Positions 1-9,783 of a stretch of 64,000 bases of DNA are shown one piece after another (the stretch's first letter is position 1; each line of letters opens with the position of its first letter). A program made the position numbers and the translations under genes. The notes beneath the pieces are model-generated. The model saw only the letters and a list, made by a program, of their open reading frames with translations. It had not been told where the DNA came from and made no database searches. This stretch comes from an uncultured Gammaproteobacteria bacterium (GTDB lineage: Bacteria > Patescibacteriota > Microgenomatia > UBA1406 > HO2-37-13b), in the NCBI GenBank assembly GCA_964413645.1, contig CAYPSA010000001.1, positions 159,129 to 223,128 of the forward strand. The letters are read 5' to 3'.

Positions 1-930
1 ATTGCGCGTGCGGCAGCAGAACAAGCCTTTAGTTTTTATGGCACTACGCAACGAGGATTGTTTGGACTAGATATGGTTCTCTTTATTGGTGCAAATCACG
101 TGGTCCGTGTTGAAGCACATTCACACATAGGAGGGTATTCTGGCCACATCGTTGAGGATCATCTAACTGGCATGCGATTTTATTCCAAACGGTGGAAGAG
201 TGTATATGTACCAGAAGTACTTGCAATTGGTGAAGGACCCGCTACATGGAGCGCTTACTTCGGACAACAAATGCGCTGGGCATATGGACTTATACATATC
301 TTATTAACGGAAAGTCCTCGTATATTTCCGACGATGAAAATAAAACATGCAATTAATTATTTTTTGTTACAGCAATACTACTTCGATGGAATTGCCCAAG
401 CAATTGGTATTTTCCTCTTGGTTCTATATTTCTTTTTTGGAATTAATGCTACTCTTATGCCTCTCAGACCATTGCTAGCATTTTTATTGCCGGTCATAAT
501 TTGGCAGCAGGTTATTTCTCTTTGGCTACAAAGATATAATATTAATCCGCGAGAAGAAAGCGGGTTGCTTTTAAAGGGAAAATTACTTAGTTTAGCGGCA
601 TGGCCTGTCTACTTCATGGCATTTTTAAGTGTTTTTGCTGGTAAACGATTAGGATATGAAGTGACTCCCAAAGGAAATGCGCAAATTCAAAAGATAGATC
701 TTTCATTGTTTTTACCCCACGTAATATTTGGAACTGCAACTGCCCTTTGTGTTATTGTGGGAATTTTGAATGATAATACGCCTCCCAATTTAATCGTTAT
801 AGCTCTTCTAAATACAATAGCAATGTATGGTTTTGTGAGCGTGGCTTTTTTGGATAGATTGAAACTGTGGTATCAAGAGAAGTTCATGCAAAAGAATTTG
901 AAGGTAGCAAGGACAACAGTACAAATCTGA
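1..930 (+). CDS. GT2 processive glycosyltransferase (cellulose-synthase-like), C-terminal part; the gene continues upstream of the window
   Basis: The frame is open from base 1. It carries a QxxRW motif (QQMRWAYG) followed by several TM helices, which is typical of GT2 processive synthases. Confidence 0.6.
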   Translation: MARAAAEQAFSFYGTTQRGLFGLDMVLFIGANHVVRVEAHSHIGGYSGHIVEDHLTGMRFYSKRWKSVYVPEVLAIGEGPATWSAYFGQQMRWAYGLIHILLTESPRIFPTMKIKHAINYFLLQQYYFDGIAQAIGIFLLVLYFFFGINATLMPLRPLLAFLLPVIIWQQVISLWLQRYNINPREESGLLLKGKLLSLAAWPVYFMAFLSVFAGKRLGYEVTPKGNAQIQKIDLSLFLPHVIFGTATALCVIVGILNDNTPPNLIVIALLNTIAMYGFVSVAFLDRLKLWYQEKFMQKNLKVARTTVQI

Positions 931-1021
931 GGTTTACCCAACTACCTTCAAAATTCTTAACGTTCTATAATCATTCTTGCAAATAAGAATAGTCATGTCA
1001 ATATGGAGTATTTACTAAGAC

Positions 1022-1050
1022 TTGTTAAAGTTATTTTGTAGTGCTATAAT
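1022..1050 (+). promoter_or_regulatory. sigma70-like promoter TTGTTA-17-TATAAT, with the ATG 9 nt downstream (near-leaderless)
   Basis: TTGTTA at 1022-1027, a 17-nt spacer and TATAAT at 1045-1050; the ATG is at 1059. Confidence 0.55.
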
Positions 1051-1058
1051 ACGGCTCC

Positions 1059-1664
1059 ATGAAACAATTTAAGCGCCTATCAACAAAGCAAATTCTATTT
1101 ATTGCATTTCTTGCAACTGCCCTTGTTAGTTTTATTCTCGGCTTTTTTATTCACAATGTATTGCCTATTGCGCAGGTAAATGGTGAATTTATTAGTCGTG
1201 GAACATTCTTAAAAAAACTTGCGATTACAAATGGTCAAGGAGTATTGGAAGCAATGATTGCTGAGAAACTAATTGCACAATCTCTTACAGAAAATAAGAT
1301 TATTGTTACTGAAAAGGAAATAGATACCAAAATTGCAGTTATGAAAAAAGACTTAGCACTCCAGAAAACAACCTTTGAACAACTTCTTGTGAGTACTCGT
1401 CAAACACTACCTCAATTTAGAAATGAACTGCGAACACAATTGGGAGTTGAAAAATTGCTCAAAAAACAAATTACGGTAACGGATAAAGAGATTAGTGATT
1501 ATTTTGTACGAAATAAAATAGTCAAAGGCAAGAATGCAATTCTACGAAGTCAGCTATTATCAATCCGCGACACCATTTATCGAGCAAAGCTTCGACAAGC
1601 ATTCTTAAATTGGTATCAGCTACAAAAAGGTAAGACAAAGGTGCAGTATTACACGGGAATGTAA
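1059..1664 (+). CDS. membrane-anchored SurA N-terminal-domain-like chaperone protein
   Basis: N-terminal TM helix followed by a helical domain resembling the SurA/PpiD N-terminal region; no PPIase domain is seen. Confidence 0.4.
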   Translation: MKQFKRLSTKQILFIAFLATALVSFILGFFIHNVLPIAQVNGEFISRGTFLKKLAITNGQGVLEAMIAEKLIAQSLTENKIIVTEKEIDTKIAVMKKDLALQKTTFEQLLVSTRQTLPQFRNELRTQLGVEKLLKKQITVTDKEISDYFVRNKIVKGKNAILRSQLLSIRDTIYRAKLRQAFLNWYQLQKGKTKVQYYTGM

Positions 1665-1686
1665 TAAAATACTGTAGAATAAGTTC

Positions 1687-2367
1687 ATGATATCTGTTGC
1701 AATTCTTACTTCCACGCAGGATTCTGTTTCAAAAAAAACCCTCGATTCGCTAGCATTTATCACCGACATTGTATATTTTCGTGTAGATGCTGATTTTGCA
1801 CATGCCCGAAACAAGGGAATGGAAAATGCTAAGAATGATTGGATTCTATTTGTCGACAGCGATGAAGAGATTTCAAAAGAGCTTGCACAAAGCATCTCTC
1901 ATTTAGATCTAAAGAATAGTGAAATTGGTGCGTATTTTATTCCTCGCCGTGATTTTTTCTGGGGAAAAGAAATGAAATACGGAGAAACGAGTTCGGCACG
2001 TAATCATGGGATTATTCGATTAGTTAAAAAGAGAAGTGGGAAGTGGGTGGGTAAAGTTCACGAGGTATTTCGGGCATCGGGAAGAACTGAGCGATTAGAC
2101 GGATTTATTAATCATTATCCTCATCAGACAATTGCAGCATTTTTAGAGTCTATTAATAATTACTCCACGCTGCGCGCGCAAGAGTTACGCAGCAAGGGAA
2201 TCCGTACAAATGTTTTTCAAATTATATTGTACCCATTGAGCAAGTTTTGGTACACCTATATAGTTAAATTGGGATTTTTAGATGGGCCAGGAGGTTTTGT
2301 ATATAGCTTTATGATGAGTTTTCATTCTTTTTTAGTTAGATCCAAATTGTACTTAAAACAGCAATGA
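1687..2367 (+). CDS. glycosyltransferase family 2 protein
   Basis: ARNKGMENAKNDWILFVDSDEE matches the GT2 A-R-N-x-G ... DxD signature. Confidence 0.6.
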   Translation: MISVAILTSTQDSVSKKTLDSLAFITDIVYFRVDADFAHARNKGMENAKNDWILFVDSDEEISKELAQSISHLDLKNSEIGAYFIPRRDFFWGKEMKYGETSSARNHGIIRLVKKRSGKWVGKVHEVFRASGRTERLDGFINHYPHQTIAAFLESINNYSTLRAQELRSKGIRTNVFQIILYPLSKFWYTYIVKLGFLDGPGGFVYSFMMSFHSFLVRSKLYLKQQ

Positions 2368-3491
2368 AGGCTTTATTGTATTTATTTTTTATACTACTTT
2401 CACTCGGGCAACTTATCCGCATTACTCCTTATCCTTCTATTTCTATTTTAGGGTATGAATTTGTAATGCTGCTCATTATTCTAGTCCGATCAAGTAAGGT
2501 CTCATTTGATGAAGCACGATTTAAATCATATTTTAATGACAACGTGGTTCGTACATGGATCATTTTCTTAGAAATATTACTCATGACTCTCGTTATCAGT
2601 CTTCATAAATTCACCGGAGCACAGAATTTAGTTGCGGGAGCTTATTTAATGCGCCTTGTACTTTATTGCTCATTCTTTTTTTCTTTGTCTGGAATCAAGG
2701 AACAAGTGTTACAAAAGGGGATTCATCTTTTTACTGGCCTAACAATATTTTTCTCTTTCTTACAATATATATTTTTTCCTCGCATAGGGAAATTGGTAAA
2801 TATTGGTTGGGATCCGCATGAATTTAGAGTTTTTGGCACTTTTCTCGATGTAACTCCTACGGGAATAATTTTCACGTTATTATTCTTTTACTACTTGGTT
2901 CGCTATGTATTTGTGCCACGACGCCATTTGTGGAGCGTGGTAATAGTAAGCTTTCTATTTTTACTGATTCTCCTTACTTATTCTCGAATTACGTACATTG
3001 GATTTGTCTGTGGGCTCATTATTCTTATGCTTAGGAAAATTGCAGTACCTACAGTGCTAGGAATCGCCGCGGTATTTATACTAGGTATATTTCTGATTCC
3101 ATCAATCCCAGGTGAAAGTACTAATTTGAAGCGCACATTCTCTATTGAATCACGCTATGAAAACATGCAAAAAGGTATTGCCTTTTGGAAAGATAATAGA
3201 TTGTTTGGTGTTGGGTACAATCAACTTTCTTCATTGCTTGCGAGTAGTGGACCATATGATCATGCGGATTCTGCCTTCAGTTCAAGCTATGTAACGATAC
3301 TTGCAAGTGCAGGAATAGTGGGATTATTGGCATTAATATTTCTGCTTATGAAGATTTACTTAAATGTTTCATTCCTTGGCAAAGTGCTCGTAAGCATTGT
3401 CGCGATTACTTCATTATTTGAAAATGTGTTTTTAGTTGGAGTTGTTCTTGCTGTTTTTCTGCCGTTAATTGCTCTCGAAGATAGCCGTTAG
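2364..3491 (+). CDS. O-antigen ligase / polymerase-like (Wzy_C) polytopic membrane protein
   Basis: About ten predicted TM helices with a large loop, as in Wzy/WaaL; the start overlaps the preceding GT2 gene by 4 nt. Confidence 0.5.
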   Translation: MKALLYLFFILLSLGQLIRITPYPSISILGYEFVMLLIILVRSSKVSFDEARFKSYFNDNVVRTWIIFLEILLMTLVISLHKFTGAQNLVAGAYLMRLVLYCSFFFSLSGIKEQVLQKGIHLFTGLTIFFSFLQYIFFPRIGKLVNIGWDPHEFRVFGTFLDVTPTGIIFTLLFFYYLVRYVFVPRRHLWSVVIVSFLFLLILLTYSRITYIGFVCGLIILMLRKIAVPTVLGIAAVFILGIFLIPSIPGESTNLKRTFSIESRYENMQKGIAFWKDNRLFGVGYNQLSSLLASSGPYDHADSAFSSSYVTILASAGIVGLLALIFLLMKIYLNVSFLGKVLVSIVAITSLFENVFLVGVVLAVFLPLIALEDSR

Positions 3492-4145
3492 CTCTTGCGT
3501 TTCAACAGTTCCTGCGCGATTGGTTGCAGTTATGACAATTTTATTTTCACCTTCTTTGATCCGAATAGAAGCCGAAAACTTTCCTTCTGCATTTGCAATA
3601 GTAGGTGATCCATTTACCCTAACTGATACATCTGGATCGGTTGATCCGCTAACAGTAATATCAGTTTGACTAATTCGTGATCCATTGGTTGGTGAATCAA
3701 TAATAAGCTTGGGTTTTTCATTTTGGTAAAGCACCGAGTACGTGTCCGATTTTTTGAAAATATTTAGTTTCTTCATGCGCATTTCTACATAAATTTCATT
3801 GAGTCCTTTTTGTAATAAAATATTTGTATCAAATGTATCTCCGTCAACTACCAATTCCTCCTGATTCGCGCCATTCACAATAATCGAAAGCTGTGAGCCA
3901 TCTGTTGCTGTTCCATGAACCGCAAGTGACGCAGAACTTGTCGCATCTGGAAGTGAAAGTAATTCTGGAGCTAGGACGAAATCCTGGGAATTGATCGTTG
4001 AAGACCCCCGTGATCCACTCGTAATATTGGCGATGAATAGAGAAGTATTGATAAGTAATTTAAATCCAATTGTAGCAAAGAAAATTATCAGTAACACTGC
4101 AAAAATCATTACGGTTAGCAATTGATTTTTCTTTTTTGGGCGCAT
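3465..4145 (-). CDS. membrane-anchored protein with two Ig-like (Big) repeats
   Basis: The ORF is trimmed to the Met at 4145 (MRPKKKNQ...), because the longer ORF would run through tRNA-Thr. It has an N-terminal TM helix and two repeated beta-rich segments. Confidence 0.5.
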   Translation of the reverse strand: MRPKKKNQLLTVMIFAVLLIIFFATIGFKLLINTSLFIANITSGSRGSSTINSQDFVLAPELLSLPDATSSASLAVHGTATDGSQLSIIVNGANQEELVVDGDTFDTNILLQKGLNEIYVEMRMKKLNIFKKSDTYSVLYQNEKPKLIIDSPTNGSRISQTDITVSGSTDPDVSVRVNGSPTIANAEGKFSASIRIKEGENKIVITATNRAGTVETQELTAIFESN

Positions 4146-4174
4146 GTTGTAATTTGGTTTGCCTTCAGGCAGGG

Positions 4175-4247
4175 AGCCAACGGTGGGAGTTGAACCCACG
4201 ACCTCTGCTTTACGAAAGCATTGCTCTACCAACTGAGCTACGTTGGC
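4175..4247 (-). tRNA. tRNA-Thr(CGU)
   Basis: A cloverleaf was folded by hand: acceptor GCCAACG/CGTTGGC, D-arm GCTC-AGTTGGTA-GAGC, anticodon loop TTCGTAA and T-arm GTGGG-TTCAACT-CCCAC. CCA is not encoded. Confidence 0.8.
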
Positions 4248-4318
4248 AACTCCTGTTAAATTATACCACGGCTTATAACTACTTGCATTTGAACTAGAGT
4301 GTATTTTATGATGAAGAT

Positions 4319-5686
4319 ATGAGTCAAGATAAGTTTGAAAAAGTGGTAAGTGCACCAGCAGAAGCACTTGATTCTACTGTGCAGGCATCCAGGCAACTGG
4401 CTCAAAGTATTTCTGGTCAGCAATCAGTTAAAAAGGCAAATAAATTCTGGAAAAATTTAGGACCAGGCCTGACAACTGGCGCTGCAGACGATGATCCTTC
4501 GGGAATTGCTACGTATTCTCAGGCAGGCGCACAATATGGTCTTGGTTTGTTGTGGCTTGCGGGTTTCACCTTTCCCCTTATGGCGATAATTCAGGAAATG
4601 TGCGCGCGATTGGGCATGGTTTCAGGTCGAGGCCTTGCGGGAAACATTCGAAAATATTATCCGCGAAGAGTTTTATATTTCATAACACTCCTTTTATTCA
4701 TTGCAAATACAGTGAATATTGGAGCAAATTTGGGAGCAATGGCAAAGGCAAGCCAATTACTTTTTCCAAACGTATCGTTTGTAGTGCTGATCGTTTTTTT
4801 TACTGTAATAAGCTTGGGTTTACAGATTTACAGCACATATGAAAAATTTGCTCGTTACCTTAAGTACTTAGCCCTTATTTTAGTTTCCTATGTAATTTCA
4901 GGTTTTCTTGTTGGACTCTCATTTACAGAGCTCTTCAAGAGTACCGTATTTCCATCAATCGTTTTTAATCGAGAGCAAATTATACTTATCTGTGCCATAT
5001 TAGGAACCACTATTTCTCCGTATCTATTTTTTTGGCAAACGAGTCAAGAAGTTGAAGAAAGCATTTTGGAAGGGAAACTTACTCTGCGCGAGCGACAAAT
5101 GGTGACTAAGCGAGACATTCGAAATATGCGAGTTGATGTGTGGTCGGGAATGTTTGTTTCAAATTTAGTTATGTATTTTATTATTGCAACGTGTGCCGCA
5201 ACGCTTTTTGCCACGGGAATTACAACAATCAATTCTGCTGCCGATGCAGCCGCAGCACTTCGTCCTCTAGCAGGTGAGTCGGCATATTTGCTGTTTACCT
5301 TAGGAATTGTCGGAACAGGTCTTTTGTCTGTACCAGTTCTAGCAGGATCTTCTTCGTATGCTATAAGTGAGAGTTTTGGGTGGAAATTCGGACTGCATAA
5401 AAAACTTAAGCGAGCCACATCTTTTTATGGAGCTATCATGATTTCTATGCTTATTGGTCTCGCGATGAATTTTAGTGGAATTGATCCAATAAAAGCGCTT
5501 ATTTATTCTGCTGTTTTAAACGGTCTCATTGCGCCGTTTATTATTGTCTTTATCGTTCTTCTCAGTAGTAATGAAAGAATTATGGGAGGTTTCAAAAATC
5601 ATCCATTTACCACCTTCATTGGTTGGTTTGTAGCCGGACTTATGGCGTTTGCAGGGGCTGCGACTATCTGGGCACTGTTTTGGTAA
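4319..5686 (+). CDS. mntH: Nramp-family divalent metal (Mn2+/Fe2+) transporter
   Basis: DDPSGIATYSQAGAQYG matches the Nramp DPGN-IATD-QAGA signature; the product is a polytopic membrane protein. Confidence 0.8.
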   Translation: MSQDKFEKVVSAPAEALDSTVQASRQLAQSISGQQSVKKANKFWKNLGPGLTTGAADDDPSGIATYSQAGAQYGLGLLWLAGFTFPLMAIIQEMCARLGMVSGRGLAGNIRKYYPRRVLYFITLLLFIANTVNIGANLGAMAKASQLLFPNVSFVVLIVFFTVISLGLQIYSTYEKFARYLKYLALILVSYVISGFLVGLSFTELFKSTVFPSIVFNREQIILICAILGTTISPYLFFWQTSQEVEESILEGKLTLRERQMVTKRDIRNMRVDVWSGMFVSNLVMYFIIATCAATLFATGITTINSAADAAAALRPLAGESAYLLFTLGIVGTGLLSVPVLAGSSSYAISESFGWKFGLHKKLKRATSFYGAIMISMLIGLAMNFSGIDPIKALIYSAVLNGLIAPFIIVFIVLLSSNERIMGGFKNHPFTTFIGWFVAGLMAFAGAATIWALFW

Positions 5687-5694
5687 AATTGGAT

Positions 5695-6858
5695 ATGAAA
5701 CCCAGCCTATCACAGTTATATCTTCTGCATGTTCTTAATGATGGAGTACGTACGGCACTTGTTGTCCTTCTCCCATTTATCGCAAAGGATTTGTCTTTGA
5801 GTCTTACACAAGTTGGATTTTTAGGATCTTCCCAAGGGCTTTTAATGATGCTTTTGGGAATTCCAGCAGGCTTGCTTGCAGCACGGCTCGGAGGTCTTCG
5901 GCTGCTTAGCTTTGCGCTCATTTTATACTCAATTTCCGTAATAGCTATTGCGTTTTCTACAAATATTGCTCTTGTTGTGCTAGCTTTTTACGCAGCAGCG
6001 GTTGGTTTCGGAGTATTTCATCCCGTTGGGTTTGCTTCTATTGCAAAGTATGCTCCCATAGATCAAATAGGTATTTCTATGGGAAAATTTAGTTCTTTGG
6101 GAGAAATTGGACGTATGGGAATTCCCCCTGCGGCAATTTTAGCAACATCGTTTATCGGCTGGCGACCGACCATGATGGTTATGGGAGGTATTGGTTGTCT
6201 TTTATTTATACTCATCAAATTTCTATATAAAATACCCGAGGAACATTCATCGCAAGAAGTAGAACATCATACGGATTGGTTAAAGATGCTTGTATACCTT
6301 GCCAAACAACCTAAAATTCTTTTTTCTGCTTTCTCAAATATGATTGATTCAAGCGCTTCAAATATTGTTACTATTTTTTACCCTTTTGTAATTCTTGCAA
6401 AAGGAGTTACACCTTTTATGTTGGGAATTATGACAGGAGTATATTTTATCGGAGGGCTTTGTGGAAAGATGGTATTGGGTCATGGGGCAGATAAGATGAA
6501 AACATCAACGTTATTTATTACTGCTGAATTAATGATGGCCATTTTGCTTGTTTTTTTAGCACTTTCTACTAATCTTTACGTACTCTTTATGCTTTCATTT
6601 TTCTTGGGAATTTTTACAAAAGGAACTTCATCGGTTGTACAAACACTTATTTCAGAAAGTGCTCAAGAAGCTCATTTTGAAAAGGTTTTTTCAATCAGTG
6701 AAACGCTTTCGGGAGTTGCAGCAGCATCAGCGCCGCTTATAGCAGGGGTAATGGCAGATTCATTTGGTGTACTTTCGACATTGTATTTAGCAGCTTTTGT
6801 TGCTCTATTAGCAATAGTACCTGCATATTTGTCACAGAGTTCTCAAAGAGAGGCTTAG
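5695..6858 (+). CDS. MFS transporter
   Basis: Two times six TM helices. The start is moved to the Met at 5695 (MKPSLSQ...) so that it does not overlap the Nramp gene. Confidence 0.55.
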   Translation: MKPSLSQLYLLHVLNDGVRTALVVLLPFIAKDLSLSLTQVGFLGSSQGLLMMLLGIPAGLLAARLGGLRLLSFALILYSISVIAIAFSTNIALVVLAFYAAAVGFGVFHPVGFASIAKYAPIDQIGISMGKFSSLGEIGRMGIPPAAILATSFIGWRPTMMVMGGIGCLLFILIKFLYKIPEEHSSQEVEHHTDWLKMLVYLAKQPKILFSAFSNMIDSSASNIVTIFYPFVILAKGVTPFMLGIMTGVYFIGGLCGKMVLGHGADKMKTSTLFITAELMMAILLVFLALSTNLYVLFMLSFFLGIFTKGTSSVVQTLISESAQEAHFEKVFSISETLSGVAAASAPLIAGVMADSFGVLSTLYLAAFVALLAIVPAYLSQSSQREA

Positions 6859-6871
6859 GTTCGGATTTACA

Positions 6872-7522
6872 TCACACAATTCCAGCAACAAAAATCATGG
6901 CTTTTACTGGATTACTTTGATCTTTTCGATGCGAAAAAAAAGTACTCGATTGGCAATAGGTACAAACATCACTCGTTTCGATGTTTGACGCTTGAACTCC
7001 TAAATTGGTTAATTGATTTTGGGCAATTTTTTTAAGATCAAGAAATATATTTGAATCTCTTTTGATGACTGCATCGGAGTATTGAGAGAATTTTTCAGTG
7101 ACATCTTTGCCTACCTCATAATGACATGGACCAATTGCTGGACCGATACCGACAAGGAGTTCGGCAGCACTCACTCCATAAGTCACTTGGAAAGTTGTAA
7201 GAGCCTTTTTAATAATTTTACTTTCCAATCCTCTCCATCCGGCGTGTAGTAAGCATAGTATTTCTTTTTCCGGGTGAAAGATCACAATCGGCAAGCAGTC
7301 TGCAACAGTGATTGAGAGATAAACGCCTTTTTCTGAAGTAATCAACCCATCGGTGTGAGGAACAATTTGTCCTTTATCAGCCGCAAAGACAGTTCTAATA
7401 TTATTTCCATGTTCTAGCTCCGCGCTCACAACGCTCTGTGGATCTATGGAGTGTTTTTCAAGAAAAGTATACCTATTACGAGTAATCTCATCGCTTTCCA
7501 ACTGATTACCTGGTAGTTTCAT
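6872..7522 (-). CDS. pgeF: PgeF/YfiH family purine nucleoside phosphorylase / laccase-domain protein (DUF152)
   Basis: Carries the LLHAGWRG motif. The ORF start is trimmed because the longer ORF overlaps tRNA-Gly; an alternative Met at 7570 would abut the tRNA. Confidence 0.65.
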   Translation of the reverse strand: MKLPGNQLESDEITRNRYTFLEKHSIDPQSVVSAELEHGNNIRTVFAADKGQIVPHTDGLITSEKGVYLSITVADCLPIVIFHPEKEILCLLHAGWRGLESKIIKKALTTFQVTYGVSAAELLVGIGPAIGPCHYEVGKDVTEKFSQYSDAVIKRDSNIFLDLKKIAQNQLTNLGVQASNIETSDVCTYCQSSTFFSHRKDQSNPVKAMIFVAGIV

Positions 7523-7569
7523 GCTCCCATCGGTGCGAAGAGAGATTACTGAGAAAATTTGTGAGCTCA

Positions 7570-7642
7570 TGAGCGGGATACGAGAATCGAACTCGCATCT
7601 CATCCTTGGGAAGGATGCATACTACCACTGTACTAATCCCGC
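7570..7642 (-). tRNA. tRNA-Gly(CCC)
   Basis: Acceptor GCGGGAT/ATCCCGC, anticodon stem CATCC/GGATG with loop TTCCCAA, and T-arm GCGAG-TTCGATT-CTCGT. Confidence 0.8.
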
Positions 7643-7668
7643 GTTAGCACAATTATACCAGTTTATGA

Positions 7669-8214
7669 CTATTTCCCTGGCAATGTTAGTAGGCTTCCTG
7701 TGTAAATTAAGTCAGGATTTGAAATTTTATTGAATTTTGCAATTTCAGGCCAACGGTAACCATCTCCGTATGCGCGAACAGATATATCCCATAAGGTGTC
7801 TCCATCTTTTATCGTGTATTTAGCGTCATTTAACGTTACTTGAGTGGTTTGAATGCTTGTTACGCTGCCTTGTTGCATTAAGATAGGCGTAACGTTAGGA
7901 ATAGTAAGTTCGGCACCAGCCGCAATGGTATTTGGATCAGAAATATTATTTGCTTTCGCAATGTCGTACGCATTATAGCCCGACCCAATTTCTTTTTCTG
8001 CAATGCTCCACAAGGTTTCACCAGCTTTTACTGTATGAACATTTTTCTGTTCCTGCGCTTCGGTCATAGCGGCTTCCTGCTGCTTTACTTTATTTAGCTG
8101 GTTTGTTACTAGTTTATAAGAAACACCCAGACCAATTAAAAATACAAGAAGTCCAACGACGATTGATTGATAGTTATCTAGCGCAATCTCTCGAGCTGAA
8201 CTGTTTTTTATCAT
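7669..8214 (-). CDS. LysM-domain peptidoglycan-binding protein (two LysM repeats, N-terminal TM anchor)
   Basis: HTVKAGETLWSIAEK and YTIKDGDTLWDISVRAYG are LysM signatures. Confidence 0.75.
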   Translation of the reverse strand: MIKNSSAREIALDNYQSIVVGLLVFLIGLGVSYKLVTNQLNKVKQQEAAMTEAQEQKNVHTVKAGETLWSIAEKEIGSGYNAYDIAKANNISDPNTIAAGAELTIPNVTPILMQQGSVTSIQTTQVTLNDAKYTIKDGDTLWDISVRAYGDGYRWPEIAKFNKISNPDLIYTGSLLTLPGK

Positions 8215-8307
8215 ACTGCGTACCGTGCATTATAGGAGTATTAATTGATTTATTGCAATATGATCAACTATAACGAAATAGTATAAGACTATACATTAAT
8301 TTTTTTC

Positions 8308-9387
8308 TTAGCGTTCACGCTTCAAGTGTTCACTTATATAGCGAACCTGGAAGGGAGTTAATAGTGGTTGACCTGCTTTTTGACGTGTGCGGACACTTTG
8401 TGAATTAGCCCATCTCATTAAGTTAAAACCATCGAAACTTGGGTCATGTCGAGCAAAGACTTGTTTGCCATTAACTACAGTTCCGGTTGGGATTAATTTA
8501 TCTGGTCTCTGGGGATCAAACGCAGCACGTGCTTCATCTTCAGTATATTGATGTCCAAATGTAAGTTCAGATGAAGTAAGCACTTTATCATACGTAATGT
8601 TATGTCTGTATCCATCGTCAAGTCCAAGTAAATGGCCACCCTCATGAAGTGCAACGTACAATGATTCCGGATTGTGTAAGGCAGTAAAAGCAATGTCGTG
8701 CTTGGTGGTATAATTTGTTGTGCCAAAAAAAATGTCAGTGTTAAGAAAAACTAGGGCTTTATCATAATTTCTACCTGTACTTTTCCGTATTGCGTCCATT
8801 ACGGCCTCAGATTCTTCTGGTCCTCTAACCAGTCGCTCATTAGCTCTTGTAAAAGGAATCGGTACAGGTTTTCTAAGATAAGAAATAGTAATGGGTAACT
8901 GTTCAAAGGCTTGCATAAATTCACGAGCGATATAATGAATTTTACAATTTTCCGATTCATCTCCATCAACCTGCATTAGTAAGATATGTGTATTCTCAGA
9001 ATGTGTTGGTCTACCATCTTGTTCAAAAAACAGAGCATCTTCAGAAGTTTGGTTGGTGCCCATGTCAACAAAGTCTGAAGCTTGAAAAGTTAGCTTTTGA
9101 AGAGATGCAATCTCCTGAGTATCCTGTGGCAAACAAATTATATCGGCGCCTGGTTTAGTGTCGTATGTAGTTTCTCCTACGCGCCCAGCAATATAAGAAG
9201 GTGGTCCATAAAAATCAGGAATGTCATAATGAATAGTTTCTCTAGAAACTGCTAAAGGTGAAAAAAGGGCTGCGCCTATAGCGCCTACTCGTAGCATTCG
9301 ACGTGCATTAATTGACTCCCTGACTCGTTTAAATTTAGTACTGACTGAGCTTTCTGGATTATTGGGAAGTGACTCAAGATGTGCCAT
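8308..9387 (-). CDS. metzincin-like zinc metallopeptidase
   Basis: HEGGHLLGLDDGYRH is an HExxHxxGxxD/H zinc-binding motif. The start is trimmed to the Met at 9387 because the upstream part of the ORF is made of tRNA-like repeats. A later Met at 9297 is followed by a signal-peptide-like MLRVGAIGAALFSPLAVS. Confidence 0.6.
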   Translation of the reverse strand: MAHLESLPNNPESSVSTKFKRVRESINARRMLRVGAIGAALFSPLAVSRETIHYDIPDFYGPPSYIAGRVGETTYDTKPGADIICLPQDTQEIASLQKLTFQASDFVDMGTNQTSEDALFFEQDGRPTHSENTHILLMQVDGDESENCKIHYIAREFMQAFEQLPITISYLRKPVPIPFTRANERLVRGPEESEAVMDAIRKSTGRNYDKALVFLNTDIFFGTTNYTTKHDIAFTALHNPESLYVALHEGGHLLGLDDGYRHNITYDKVLTSSELTFGHQYTEDEARAAFDPQRPDKLIPTGTVVNGKQVFARHDPSFDGFNLMRWANSQSVRTRQKAGQPLLTPFQVRYISEHLKRER

Positions 9388-9404
9388 GATTCTAAAAACA
9401 AGTT

Positions 9405-9708
9405 GCGCGACTGACCGGACTGCCAACCGGCGACCTGTCCGACAACTGTCGGACCGCTCTAACCAACTGAGCATATGTATGCGCGACTGACCGGACTGCC
9501 AACCGGCGACCTGTCCGACAACTGTCGGACCGCTCTAACCAACTGAGCATATGTATGCGCGACTGACCGGACTGCCAACCGGCGACCTGTCCGACAACTG
9601 TCGGACCGCTCTAACCAACTGAGCATATGTATGCGCGACTGACCGGACTGCCAACCGGCGACCTGTCCGACAACTGTCGGACCGCTCTAACCAACTGAGC
9701 ATATGTAT
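9405..9708 (-). repeat. four perfect 76-bp tandem repeats, each a tRNA-Asp-derived pseudo-tRNA
   Basis: The unit gcgcgactgaccggactgccaaccggcgacctgtccgacaactgtcggaccgctctaaccaactgagcatatgtat recurs at 9405, 9481, 9557 and 9633. Each unit keeps the D-arm, variable loop and T-stem of the adjacent tRNA-Asp. The anticodon arm is replaced by a perfect 7-bp stem with a 4-nt loop, the T-loop is 8 nt, and the 5' acceptor strand is degenerate. Confidence 0.9.
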
Positions 9709-9709
9709 G

Positions 9710-9783
9710 CGCGACTGACCGGACTCGAACCGGCGACCTTCCGCGTGACAGGCGGACGCTCTAACCAACTGAGCTACAATCGC
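9710..9783 (-). tRNA. tRNA-Asp(GUC)
   Basis: Acceptor GCGATTG/CAGTCGC, D-arm GCTC-AGTTGGTTA-GAGC, anticodon stem TCCGC/GCGGA with loop CTGTCAC, and T-arm GCCGG-TTCGAGT-CCGGT. Confidence 0.85.

Noticed and set aside
3465-4367. 300-aa minus-strand ORF spanning tRNA-Thr
   Set aside because: The N-terminal 74 codons are the reverse reading of the tRNA-Thr gene. It is trimmed to the Met at 4145.
5044-5418. Antisense and embedded ORFs (5044-5418, 11483-11809, 14772-15167, 20895-21365, 26151-26474, 34157-34462, 46387-46716)
   Set aside because: They are fully contained within well-supported genes on the opposite strand, with no motifs and biased composition. They are likely non-coding.
9405-9708. 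Possible CRISPR array
   Set aside because: The 76-bp units are directly adjacent with no spacers, are much longer than CRISPR repeats, and are clearly derived from tRNA-Asp. No cas genes are nearby.
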